64,000 bases of DNA from an uncultured Verrucomicrobiae bacterium (lineage in GTDB: Bacteria > Verrucomicrobiota > Verrucomicrobiia > Chthoniobacterales > Terrimicrobiaceae): positions 160,001 to 224,000 of the forward strand of contig CAVPOC010000006.1 in the NCBI GenBank assembly GCA_963706955.1, read 5' to 3'. The position numbers were made by a program, and so were the translations under genes. Positions 40,786 through 51,241 of this stretch are shown here, one piece after another; within the stretch, counting starts at the first letter, position 1, and the number at the start of each line of letters is the position of its first letter. Below the pieces are notes generated by a model, which saw only the letters and a program-made list of their open reading frames with translations, had not been told where the DNA came from and did no database searches.

Positions 40786-43700
40786 GTGAAACCGTCGGAT
40801 CCCGGCACCAAAAGAATCTCGCCGGGTCCGTTTTTTTTCGCACACTACAAGCGCCTCATCTCGTTGGCGCGATCGCGTTCGCAATTTTGGCCTCTGGTCT
40901 CGTCGGGCTTTGCGGCGATCTCCGACCTTCGGGTGGAACAAACCCTGACGGCTGAGCGGAGCGACATACACGGTCACTCCTGCGCTGAAGATTTCCTTTC
41001 ACTTGTCGCAGGCCTCGCCTGTAACGGTGAAGATCTCGCGGCACCTCGCGCGATACGAGCATTTAAAGTGGCCCTACCTTGCGAAGCCGATCCTGGTGCG
41101 GGAGTTGAACCAAGGAACGATCGGCGCCGGAACGCAGACCATCACGTGGGATGGTCTGGATCAGAACGGCAGAACGGTCGTCGAGGAGCAGAATACATCG
41201 ACACAGGAACTTGCGGCGATGAACCTCTGGACGACGGCCTCCCTCGAACAGCTGACGCAGAGACCCCGGTCAATCTTTTCCAGATCTCCGTAGAGGCAGG
41301 CAGCGAGAAGGTCTTCACCAATTTCGAACGCGCGGTGGGATCGGTGCGACCAAATCGCATGGTGCGCCCCTTCCGCATGGGCGTTGTCGATCGGGACGGA
41401 CGTTCCTGGTGTCTGATTTCTGGGGCGCGTGCGTATGGCGATATTCGCCCGACTGGGCGATCCTCGCGAAATATCCCAAAGATCATCTGGTCGGTAGGGG
41501 CTTTGAGCCGGACGAATGCGAGGCCGCAGGAGCCGACAGTCGCGGTAACGTCTTTGCCATGAACGGCTCAGGTATCTACCGATATAACGGCGACGGCGAG
41601 GCCTACCCTGGCCGGTCCAGTCTAATCACACCAGATACATGGACTTCGGCCACGTGCTCGGGAGAACAGGCGGCAACAGCGACGAGCGATTCCGCGGGTT
41701 CGCGGTCGATGACCAAGACAACATCTATCTTGGCCAAACCCAGCCCGATCGCCGGATCCTCGTCTTCAACAGAGATGGTGTGCTTCTGCGCACCTTCTCG
41801 CTGCCCGATGGACGCCGGCCAGGGTCGATCTGGTGGATGGGGAACAACACCATCGCGCTGACAGCGGTTGGCACGAATCCCGAAGGCGTTCTGCTCTACA
41901 TGGATGCGACCACGGGTGCCGTGAAAAGGCAGCTGGGTAGCGCGGGCTCTCCTTTAAATGATCCCTGAGAGCTGGGCGGGCGCTGATCGGACGATCTATG
42001 CCGGGCCATACAGAGAATGATGTCCGGCGTTACGATGCCAATGGTGATCCTGTGCCGTTCAACGCCGCCCTGCCGGCGGTTCCTGATAACCTCCCTCACG
42101 AAATTCGGTTTTACGCTCATGAAGTCGGCCTTCCGTCGAATGCGCCCGGCTATCCCCAGCCGGCGGGTGGCTATTTGATCTTCGGAAATAGCGGCTTTGC
42201 GATTTCTTCCGCAATCGACAGTCAATGATCCCGTCGTGGAAACCGAGTTGTCGCGCTTCGCCAAGGACGGCACCTATCTTGCCGGAAAAGGCGACCTTCT
42301 CCCTCGGACGCCATGCGTCCGGCAACATCTTCCTCGACAACGAGCAGCGGCCTTGTTGTATTTTCGCGACCAATTTCCAATCAACCAACCAGACATTCAC
42401 GGCGGCGTGGACGCTCACGGATTTCGACGGGTTAGTGACCACGGGTTCGAGCACCTTTACGACGGTGCCGAACGCCCGCGCAGACCGTTCCCCTCAGCGT
42501 CAACGCGCCGGCGCTGGGGCACTACCGGCTGAAAGTGGACATTCTCCAGAACGGCGTTCGACTCGAGCAGTTGGAGGCGCAAATCGGCCCGGATCGCGTC
42601 GCGGGATACCAGCGAAAAACGCTACTCGCCTTTCGGCATGTGCGCGATCGGGGAGTTCGAATTGATGAAGCTCGCGGGCGTCAAGAGCTACCGCAGCGAT
42701 TCGGCCTCCTGGGGAGGACCGTCGAGCCTCTCCCGGGCGTCTTCTATCCCGATCGCTCCGAGCTGGTGCAGTTCGGACGTGGGGGCGCTGAGGCGCTGCG
42801 CGCCTACGGACGGCGCGAAGGCTTCCTGCTTCTCAATGGCCTGAATTATGGCGAGAACTGGCTCGGAGGAGATTGGGTCGGGGAACCCAGGCACTTTCTC
42901 TACAGCTACGACCGTTATTTCGACTATTGCCTGAGGATTCTTGATCGCTTCTCAGGCAAGGGAGAGGCGTTCTATCAATTCTGGAACGAGCCCGACAACT
43001 TCTGGCGGCCAGCGTTTGATAGTCCAAACAGCGCGAATGGGCGCGAGCATTTCACCTTAGTTCAACAGCACGTCTGGAGCATCGTCAAGGCGCGAGACAA
43101 GAATGCGCTAGCCATTGCGGACGGTGAAGTGAACGACACGCGAGTCATGGACGAATTTGCCGACCTATGGCGCCGCCAGTTTTAATGACACCGTTCAGAT
43201 GCACTACCCCGGCGCCTTTGAGGTTGCCTGGAGATGAAATCAGAGATCCGGATCTGCCGGAGTCCCACGCATCTGCCATCGAAAAACTGGTGCAGACTCG
43301 CGATCGATCTTTCCCGGGCAAGCAAGTGTGGAACACTGAAGATTCCGTTCCAGCCAATCCGAGAGACGCCTAAGTGGCGGCGGCTAACTTGCCCCGCGTG
43401 TTCATTCCGCAGATCGCCGTAGGCGTGGACAAGATCTATATCTTTCCACGGGCGGGTCTCCAAGAGCAGTCGGCTGGACGTCGCCAGTTACCTGGATGAA
43501 AACGGACATCCAGGTCCCGACGCTATGTGAGCTTTGGCGGCGATGACGAAATCGATCGAGGGAGCTGTATTCGTCGGAACGAAGCAATATGACGCTGAGG
43601 CCTACGGATATCTGTTTGCCCGCGGCCAAGATTTCGTGCTGGCTGCAAACACCTATTCCGGCACCCGCACGTGCCGGTGGACGCCGGAGGGACAATCGTG

Positions 43701-46700
43701 GACCTGATGGGCCGCACCGAAGGGCACGACGGGAGCCAGCTAGTCGATCTCTCCGCAGATGCAATATGTCGTCCTCCCGCGCACGAGCGCCTGGTGCGCT
43801 GGCGATCGCCGCGAGCGAACTCCAGCGACAGCTCAATGCGCTCGGTTTGCCAAACGCCGAGGCAATTCCCGGCGAGGTGACCCGCATCGCCAAGTCTGGC
43901 ACCGACTGACCCGCTGATGATGAATCGCCTCTATTACTTGATCAAGGTAGCGAAGGTGGCGGCTGCGGCCGGTCGCGCGCCGGCCACGAGCACTGCGGGC
44001 CTGGCCTCCGCAGCCCGCCAGGCGGTCGAATCTCGCGAGGGCCAGCGACGGTTACTTGCGCGTAGCGCGCGCCTGACGCTCGAATGGACGGAGCGGCTGG
44101 CGCAGGAGGCCACGCAGCGACGCGACGCATGGGTTGGGCTCTTTCGCTGGCCGCCCAGGCGACCCGCGACATCGCGCCGGTCGAAACGCTGGCGTTTCCC
44201 GGAGTGGTTATTAATACCTTCATAGGAACGCCCGGAGAGATCCAGAGGTATTCGCTCGACGGTGCCAGCGAGGGACCAGAGGTCCACCTCCATCGACGAC
44301 AAGTTCCGCTTCGAGATCGATCGTCGACCCGGAGAGAGCCTTGAGATGGAGATCTACGGTCTGCAACTACTACCGGCACAGCATCTCCGGCACGGTTTCT
44401 CCGCGGCTGCCGGTGGGCTGGGTGGCTTCGCCCGCGCAAGCCTCCTATTCGGTGGCCAGCCGGACAGCGGCAGCGATTCATGTTCACGGTCGCAACTCCC
44501 CAGAGCGTCGGAGCCCAAAAGTATTTCGTCGGCGGCAAGACACAATACAACGGCCAGGAGGTCCGGGAAATTCACTCTTCAGAATCACGTTCAACTCGGT
44601 TGCGACACAGACGCTGACGGTGACCAACGGCAGTGGCAGCGGCAATTACCCGCCCGGGACGCAGGTGCCAGTGAGCGCAAACCCGCCGGCTTCGGGTCAG
44701 CAATTTACGGGTTGGACGGGCGACGTCTCTATCTTGGCCAATCCGGCGGCGGCGACAACGACGGCGACGATTCCGTCGTCGAACGTCTCGATCAGGGCGA
44801 CCTATTCCGGAGGCACGATCTGGCGGCGCGGAAAAGATCCGCTATCATCCCCGATCCGGTTTCGGCTGGCGAATGGTCGGCGGCGTCTTCGAGGGCAGCA
44901 ACGGCAACAAGGACAGCGGACCCTATACGCCGCTATATACCATTTCAAGCGAGCCGTCTGGATGGACGGAGGTAGACGCGAGCCTGGGAGGATTTCGTTA
45001 TCTGCGATACCGTTCGCCCAGCGGCGGATTCTGCAACGTGGCGGAAATCGAATTCTATCGTAATAACAACAAGCTTAGTGGACCGGGGTTCGGCACGCCA
45101 GGCAGCTACAGCGGAGGAAGCGTCAGATGCCTACCCCGCCGCCCTCGACAGCAACATATCAACTTTCTTTGATTCGAACCAGAGGCAGCAACGCTTACGT
45201 TGGCATCGACACGGGCGCGAGTCTCTACACACTGACTGTGAATAACGGCAGCGGCGACGGCACCTACCTCGAGGGAACAAGAGTCACGGTAAGCGCTGAC
45301 CCACCGCCAGCCGGCCAGCAATTCTCCATGTGGACCGGCGACACGCCAATCCTCTCGAACCGGCTTCTCTCAACCACGTCGGCCCTAATCCCATCGATGA
45401 ACGTCTCAATCACTGCCACCTACACTGGCTCCGGGTGGCAGCGGCGGAACAGGCACCGGCCTTCTGGGTCAATATTACAACGATCCAAGCAACTCTAGTT
45501 ATCCCTTGGCTAACCCATTCACGAGTATCGCGGTGCTGACGCGGACCGACGCCAATGTGGATTTCGCCTGGGGCGGAAGCTCGCCCGAGCGCGGCTGTGA
45601 CCGCCGACAATTTCTCGACGAGATGGACCGGCAAAGTCGAAGCGCCGGTAACCGGCAGCTACACCTTTACCGCCCGCGGTGACGATGGTGTGAGGCTTTA
45701 CCTCAGTGGGGTGAAAGTCATCGACGGCTGGTCAGACCACGGCGCAACGGACTTCAACTATACGACAAACCTTACGACGGGAACGAAGTATGACATCGAG
45801 TTCCACTTCTATGAGCATGGCGGTGATGCCGAGTGCAGACTACAATGGAGCTATCCGGGCCAAGGCAAGCAGACGATTCCGCAAGGCCGGCTCTATGCGC
45901 CGACCAATCAGACCTATATTTTGACCGTCAATAGCGGTTCCGGCAGTGGCAGCTACACCGCGGGAACGCCAGTCAACGTCAGCGCGAACCCGGCGCCGGC
46001 GGGCCAGCAGTTTGCGGGTTGGACCGGGGATACATCGATCCTGGCGAGTGCGTCGGCCGCCTCGACGACAGCGACGATGCCATCGGCGAACGCAACGATC
46101 ACGGCAACGTATTCGAATACCGGCGGCGGAGGCGGGACCGGCCTGCGCGCCCAATACTACAATGACAGTGGCGCCAACTACCCGCTGGCCAATCCATTCA
46201 CGGGAACACCTGTGGTTACCCGCACGGAGCGCGGTGGATTTCGTCTGGGGCGGACGGTTCGCCGGGCGCGCTCGTGAACAATAACAATTTTTCGGTGAAG
46301 TGGAGCGGGAAAGTGAAGGCACCCGTGACAGGTAGCTACACGTTCACCGTTCGAGGCGATGATGGCGTGCGCTTGTTCATCAACGGCGACGAAGGTCCTG
46401 GACGGCTGGTCCGATCACGGAGCCACTGACTTCACCTACACCACGAATCTCGCAGCCGGAACGATGTATGACATTGAGCTCCATTTCTATGAGAATGGCG
46501 GCGGAGCGGAATGCAAACTGCAATGGAGCTATCCGGGACAGTCCAAGCAGATTATCCCGCAGAGCCAACTCTTCCCGGCAGCGAGTTACACATTAACGGT
46601 CAACAACGGCAGTGGCGATGGCAGCTATACCGCCGGAACTCAGGTTCATGTGACCGCCGATGTGCCGCCAGCGGGTCAGCGTTCGCCGCGTGGACCGGGG

Positions 46701-47715
46701 ATACATCCATCCTGGCCGAGCCTTCGGCGCATCCACGACCGCCAACATGCCGGCATCGAATGCCACGATCGCGGCGACCTACCAATCAAGCTCGATCGGC
46801 TCCGGTCTGCGCGGACAATACTACAACGACAGCAGCAGCACGCCCTATCCACTCGCCAACCCATTCGCCGGTTCCCCCGTGCTTACACGCACCGATGGCA
46901 CGGTGGACTTCAACTGGAGCAGCGGTTCGCCAGGAGCCCCGACAACCGCAAATTTCTTCTCTGTGAAGTGGACCGGCCAAGTGAAAGCACCCGTGTCGGG
47001 GACCTATATCTTTACCGTCACAGGCGATGATGGGGTGCGCCTGTTCCTGAATGGCGTCAAAGTCATTGACGGATGGAGAGACCAGGGCCCCACCTCTTAC
47101 ACTTACACGCACGACGCTAACAGCCGGCACACTATATGACATCGAGTTGCACTACTATGAGCACGAAGAGGGATGCGGCGTGTCGGTTGCAGTGGAGCTA
47201 TCCCGGACAAGCAATTCAGGCTATTCCGCAAAGTCAGCTCTATCCCTTTGTGCAGGAGGCCGCGGGACCAGGCCTGCGCGGGCAGTACGACAACGATAGC
47301 AGCAGTGCACAGTATCCCCTGGTCAACCCATTTGCTGGTTCTCCTGTGCTTACACGCACCGATGCCAGTGTTGACTTCAACTGGAGCGGCGGTTCGCCAG
47401 GCTCTCCGGTGAGTTCAAATTTCTTTTCGGTGAAGTGGACCGGACGGCTGAGGCCGCCGGTTTCAGGTGCGTACACGTTCACGGTCACCGGCGATGATGG
47501 CGTGCGCCTGTTTATCAATGGGACCAAAGTCATCGATGGATGGCGAGATCAGGCGCAACCCCTTACACGGACAGCACGATCTTGAGCTGGCGGCACATTT
47601 TCCGACATCGAGCTGCACTACTATGAGCACGAAGGCGACGCTGCCTGTCGGCTCCAGTGGAGCTATCCCGGACAAGGCGATCCAAGCTATTCCGCAGAGC
47701 CACCTGTTCCCATAG
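40786..47715 (+). CDS. Very large modular glycan-active secreted protein, heavily frameshifted (FlgD-Ig, NHL-like propeller, clan GH-A hydrolase, 4x InlB-B-like repeat, discoidin-like, 4x PA14)
   Basis: Stitched across many ORF fragments: LVRELNQGTIGAGTQTITWDGLDQNG; RGFAVDDQDNIYL; LMKLAGVKSYRSD, YQFWNEPD, QVWNTE; LTVNNGSGxGxY...QQFxGWTGD repeats; GLRGQYYND...FSVKWTG...GDDGVRLF repeats. Final stop TAG at 47713-47715; start uncertain. Confidence 0.8.
40796..40838 (+). terminator. Intrinsic-terminator-like hairpin + T8
   Basis: CGGA(T)CCCGGC / GCCGGGTCCG stem followed by TTTTTTTT. It may instead lie inside the 5' coding region of the large gene. Confidence 0.4.
44612..47712 (+). repeat. Tandem domain repeats: InlB-B-like (~44612, 45225, 45915, 46586) and PA14 (~45455, 46138, 46804, 47271)
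   Basis: Recurring DNA such as ggcgatgatggcgtgcgc and tggagctatcc(c/g)gg, with matching peptide repeats. Confidence 0.88.
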
Positions 47716-47920
47716 ACGTTTCCAGGAAGCGTCGACGGCCGAACCGGCAGCTCATTTCATCGCTTAAATACAGTTCGGCGGCGCAAACATCAGGCGACAT
47801 GTTCGACTGAGCGTTGTCTGGATTCCGCCCTCAGACCGGTCGATCTCCGAGCGAACATCCGCGAAAATCCGTGATAGTCTGTGACTCGGTTTCGTGGATG
47901 AGTAGAAGGGTAGTGAGAAG

Positions 47921-48676
47921 ATGAAAATCGCCACATGGAACGTGAATGGTATTCGCGCGCGAGAATCTCAGGTGCGCGAGTTGATCGAGCGCGAGCGGCC
48001 GGAGTTCCTCTGCCTGCAGGAAATCAAGGCTTCGACAGTGCAAGTGCCCGTTTCACTCTGTCAGATGGAAGGATACTGGTGTTATTGGCATGGCGGGCGA
48101 GCTTATTCTGGCGTGGGGTTGCACGTTCGCAAAGACTTGAGTGTCGAAAATCCTCTCTTTAGCCATCCAGGCTTCGACTACGAGAATCGCATCGTCTCCG
48201 TGCAGGTTGGGAATCTGATTGTCGCGTCGGTCTATGTGCCCAATGGAGGGAAGGACTTTCCGGCAAAAATGAGGTTTCTCGCGGCCGTGGACAAATACGT
48301 CGAGGATTGCCACGCAGCCGGAAACGAGCTCCTGTTTTGCGGCGACTTGAACATCACCCGCACCGACATGGACGTGCATCCGAAGGAGAGAAAGCCCAAT
48401 TGTATCGGCCAACTTCCGGAAGAGCGCGATCTTCTCGAGCGAATCATTGGCAAGGGGCTGGTTGACGTCGGTCGCGCACTCGACCCTCACAATGATCAGC
48501 TTTTCACCTGGTGGGCTCCCTGGCGTAATTTGCGTCAGCGCAATATCGGCTGGCGGCTTGATTACATCCTGGCGAGTGCATCGATCGCGCGAAGAGCAGC
48601 ATCCTGCACGGTGCTAGCGGAAGTCGGCACGAGCGATCACGCGCCTGTCGTCGCAGCGTTCAACCAGGTGGTTTGA
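47921..48676 (+). CDS. xth: Exodeoxyribonuclease III
   Basis: MKIATWNVNGIRAR, LCLQEIK, YVPNG, GDLN, GWRLDY and SDHAPV. Confidence 0.96.
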   Translation: MKIATWNVNGIRARESQVRELIERERPEFLCLQEIKASTVQVPVSLCQMEGYWCYWHGGRAYSGVGLHVRKDLSVENPLFSHPGFDYENRIVSVQVGNLIVASVYVPNGGKDFPAKMRFLAAVDKYVEDCHAAGNELLFCGDLNITRTDMDVHPKERKPNCIGQLPEERDLLERIIGKGLVDVGRALDPHNDQLFTWWAPWRNLRQRNIGWRLDYILASASIARRAASCTVLAEVGTSDHAPVVAAFNQVV

Positions 48677-48743
48677 TCTCGCTGGGCAACAGCGAGCATC
48701 CGAGCCAATGATTTGTTACTCGCGACAAGCCCTGCCTAGTCGA

Positions 48744-48938
48744 TCAGTCGATAATCTTGCGATGCCGTTCAAGGACCTTTTTTGCCAGCAGCCTGCAGGC
48801 GGCCAGATCCTCTGCGAGGAAATGAATGAAGCCACGGTTCTTGCAAAGGATCTCCCACTCCTCTCGACTGAATTGCTTCGAGAACTCGAGAAGCTCTACG
48901 TGCGTCGGAGGTTTCTCCACTTCCGCGTATCTACGCAT
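48744..48938 (-). CDS. Possible small hypothetical protein
   Basis: The 3' part of ORF 48744..49163 (MRRYAEVEKPPTHVELLEFSKQFSREEWEIL...) is helical and protein-like. Confidence 0.35.
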   Translation of the reverse strand: MRRYAEVEKPPTHVELLEFSKQFSREEWEILCKNRGFIHFLAEDLAACRLLAKKVLERHRKIID

Positions 48939-48999
48939 TATCGTGGATCCACTATCGTCGATGAGCTGCCGTTTGGCGAGCTTGCTCTTGGCACCGAGA

Positions 49000-49896
49000 T
49001 TATTCGGCCGCCAGCAGACCTTCGAGGTCTTCGATGACCTTGGATGGTCCGAGATATTCCTCTCCCTTGTAGCTGTGGGATAGCACTTTTCCTTGCTGAT
49101 CGATGACGACCAGGCACGGAATACCGCGACCGGAATACTTCTCAAGAGGTGAGCTGCTGGCATTGGCGAATTTCAAGGCGGGCCACGGCATGCCGTCCTG
49201 TTTCATATACTCGAGCATCTCTTCCTTCGAGTTGTCCTGGCTGACGAAGATCACGTCAAACTTGTCCAGTTGAGACTTGTGCCGATTGTACCAATCCACC
49301 AGTCGCGGTGTGAATTTCCTGCATGGTCCGCACCAAGATGCAGAGAAGTAGACGGCCAAATACTTTTTGCCTTTAAGGCCTGACGCCTCGAATCGTTCCA
49401 GGCTGCTTCCATTGTAGATGACGAGCTTTCCAGTGAGACGATCGACGATCTCGTTGGTTGGCCCAGCAGTCGGCTTGGAGGCAGTCGGTGGTGGAGATTG
49501 TTTCACTTGCGGAGTTGCTGCTGTCCGTGCTGCGGCGAGCACTTCGAGTCGGGTCTTAACCGTTTGTGCCCTTGGAAGAATATCGGTATCCGCCGGCGGG
49601 AAGGTTAGCGAAGAGCCCATAGCCTCCACGACCACTCCGTCTGGCTCGATTGATTTGACGGCATAGACACGACCAGGCGAAGCTTGCATCGAGCCTGACA
49701 CCTTCCCATTGACGAGAAGTGGCACTTGATGCGCGATATTGACGGTAACCTCGCGAGGCCAGAGCGCGCGAGTCGCTGCGAGCATATCGATAGTCAGTGT
49801 CTCTTGGGCGCTGAGCGCTGGTAACAGCAAGATGACGGCCGTGACGAAGCAAACCGAATAGGTGCCCCTTGAAGGCCGAGAGGTCTCGAGATCCAT
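49000..49896 (-). CDS. Secreted thioredoxin-like (nucleoredoxin/tryparedoxin-type) protein
   Basis: Signal peptide, Pro/Thr linker, YFSASWCGPCRKFTP, VIFVSQD, MPWPAL and GIPCLVVID. Confidence 0.9.
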   Translation of the reverse strand: MDLETSRPSRGTYSVCFVTAVILLLPALSAQETLTIDMLAATRALWPREVTVNIAHQVPLLVNGKVSGSMQASPGRVYAVKSIEPDGVVVEAMGSSLTFPPADTDILPRAQTVKTRLEVLAAARTAATPQVKQSPPPTASKPTAGPTNEIVDRLTGKLVIYNGSSLERFEASGLKGKKYLAVYFSASWCGPCRKFTPRLVDWYNRHKSQLDKFDVIFVSQDNSKEEMLEYMKQDGMPWPALKFANASSSPLEKYSGRGIPCLVVIDQQGKVLSHSYKGEEYLGPSKVIEDLEGLLAAE

Positions 49897-49980
49897 GGCC
49901 CCCGCTTGTAAGCATGCTACCTGAGCAGCGTCCAGTCCCAATCGACGGGGCGTAGACGGCCTTTCTTATTTGCTCCTTCT

Positions 49981-50752
49981 CTAGACCATCGAATCGTCGT
50001 CTCCGAAAAAGTCCCCGCCATCATCGGCAGCAAAGAACTCTTCCGAACCGGGATCGGGATTCGCCACCGATGTGTCAGCTTCTGGATCAAGTGAGCTCGT
50101 GGATTCGTCCTGGGTTGCCGGTTGATCTTCGGTCGAAGAGGGCTGACTTGTCTCGAAGACATTATTGACCACCTCAGTATTCTCCGCGACCACCGGTTCG
50201 CTGCCGATAGTTTCACCGGAGGGACCAACCAATCCTCCGAATTGGCCCGGATTGTGGCCCAACATGTTCTGAATGCCTTGGAAAAGTAACGCCCCACCAG
50301 CCACACCGGCTGCTGTCGAGAGGGCGTTCTGCAGAAAGCTGCCTCCAGCGGGACCGGGGCCGGTCTGGGGAAGCGGAGGAGGGGAAAGCTTCGACAGCGG
50401 GGCAGATTGAGACGGAGGGGTCGGCGGAGTTTCGCGCTCCGCGTGGAGGCTGCGCTGGTGATTGCCCCACTCCGAAAAGGTTCGCCACCCCGGAAAGGAA
50501 GCTTCCGCTTGACTCCTCGTCGGGGCGCTGGGCCGCGGCGAGCTGCTTCTCAAGATCGGCGATGCGGGTTTGGGCGGCAGTGAGCGCCTGCTGCATAACC
50601 AGGGTGCTCTGGACAAGCAGGTAAGGGGCGGAAGGCTGTTGCGAAACCTTTGTGCGGATGTATTCATCGGCTTGAGGGTCTTTAGGCTGCGCGGCCGCAG
50701 AGTTCAGCCGGTCAAAGAGGGTTGAAACGAGCGTGCGTTCGTCCGAAGTCAT
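49981..50752 (-). CDS. DUF2076 family protein (frameshift ~50440)
   Basis: MTSDERTLVSTLFDRL...PxAPYLLVQSTLVMQQAL joins GGSFLQNALSTAAGVAGGALLFQGI and an acidic tail. Confidence 0.85.
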
Positions 50753-50891
50753 GAAACAAAGGAACTCCATTTGCACGAATTCGCAAGGGGAGGGCCATCC
50801 TCGTTTACGGCGGGCCGCCTTCAGAAAACTGGATCATCTTCACCGGGCAGGAGGGCTTTGCACGCGACTAACATCTGTGCGAGTTTGTTTC

Positions 50892-51101
50892 ATGGATGCC
50901 GTTTCCGATGGTGTCAGCTCCTCTCAGCAATCCCCAGGTGAGCCCAATGTGAAGTTTTGCGAAACCTGCGGAGCTTCTGGCGCCCTTAAGGTGGGTGATC
51001 GCTGGCTCTGCGAGAGTTGCTATGTCGAGGCCGGCTCATGCTGCTTGGAGTTTGGTGCGACCGACCTCTGGGAGGATTCGTCCGGCGCGAAGCGACCTTG
51101 A
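50892..51101 (+). CDS. Small Cys-rich zinc-ribbon-like protein (69 aa)
   Basis: CETCG...LCESCY...GSCC (CxxC-x13-CxxC-x6-CC). Confidence 0.65.
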   Translation: MDAVSDGVSSSQQSPGEPNVKFCETCGASGALKVGDRWLCESCYVEAGSCCLEFGATDLWEDSSGAKRP

Positions 51102-51164
51102 ACTGTAGCGGCGGCGTCCCCGCCGCCGGCGGGCCATCGACGATGAGGACATCGTCGCTACAGT
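51102..51164. repeat. GTAG-type REP doublet (REPIN-like)
   Basis: ACTGTAG-CGGCGGCG-TCCC-CGCCGCCG and the inverted CGACGATG-AGGA-CATCGTCG-CTACAGT, between convergent genes. Confidence 0.75.
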
Positions 51165-51241
51165 AGTCCCTCGTTCAGGACGACCCGTCCACAACGCTGG
51201 CGCATTGCAGCCTGCGGGCATCGGCTCGTTCTACCGGGCTC

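Noticed and set aside
44612..47712. Long repeated DNA, considered as a CRISPR array or DGR template/variable repeat
   Set aside because: The repeats are degenerate protein-domain duplications. There is no constant repeat-spacer pattern, no evident adenine-specific variation, and no cas or RT gene.
20235..50752. Single frameshifts in TPR, KS, CLF, rlpA, CPA2, lipase and DUF2076 genes as mass pseudogenisation
   Set aside because: Mostly single-base insertions, often in homopolymers, with otherwise intact motifs; assembly error is more parsimonious.
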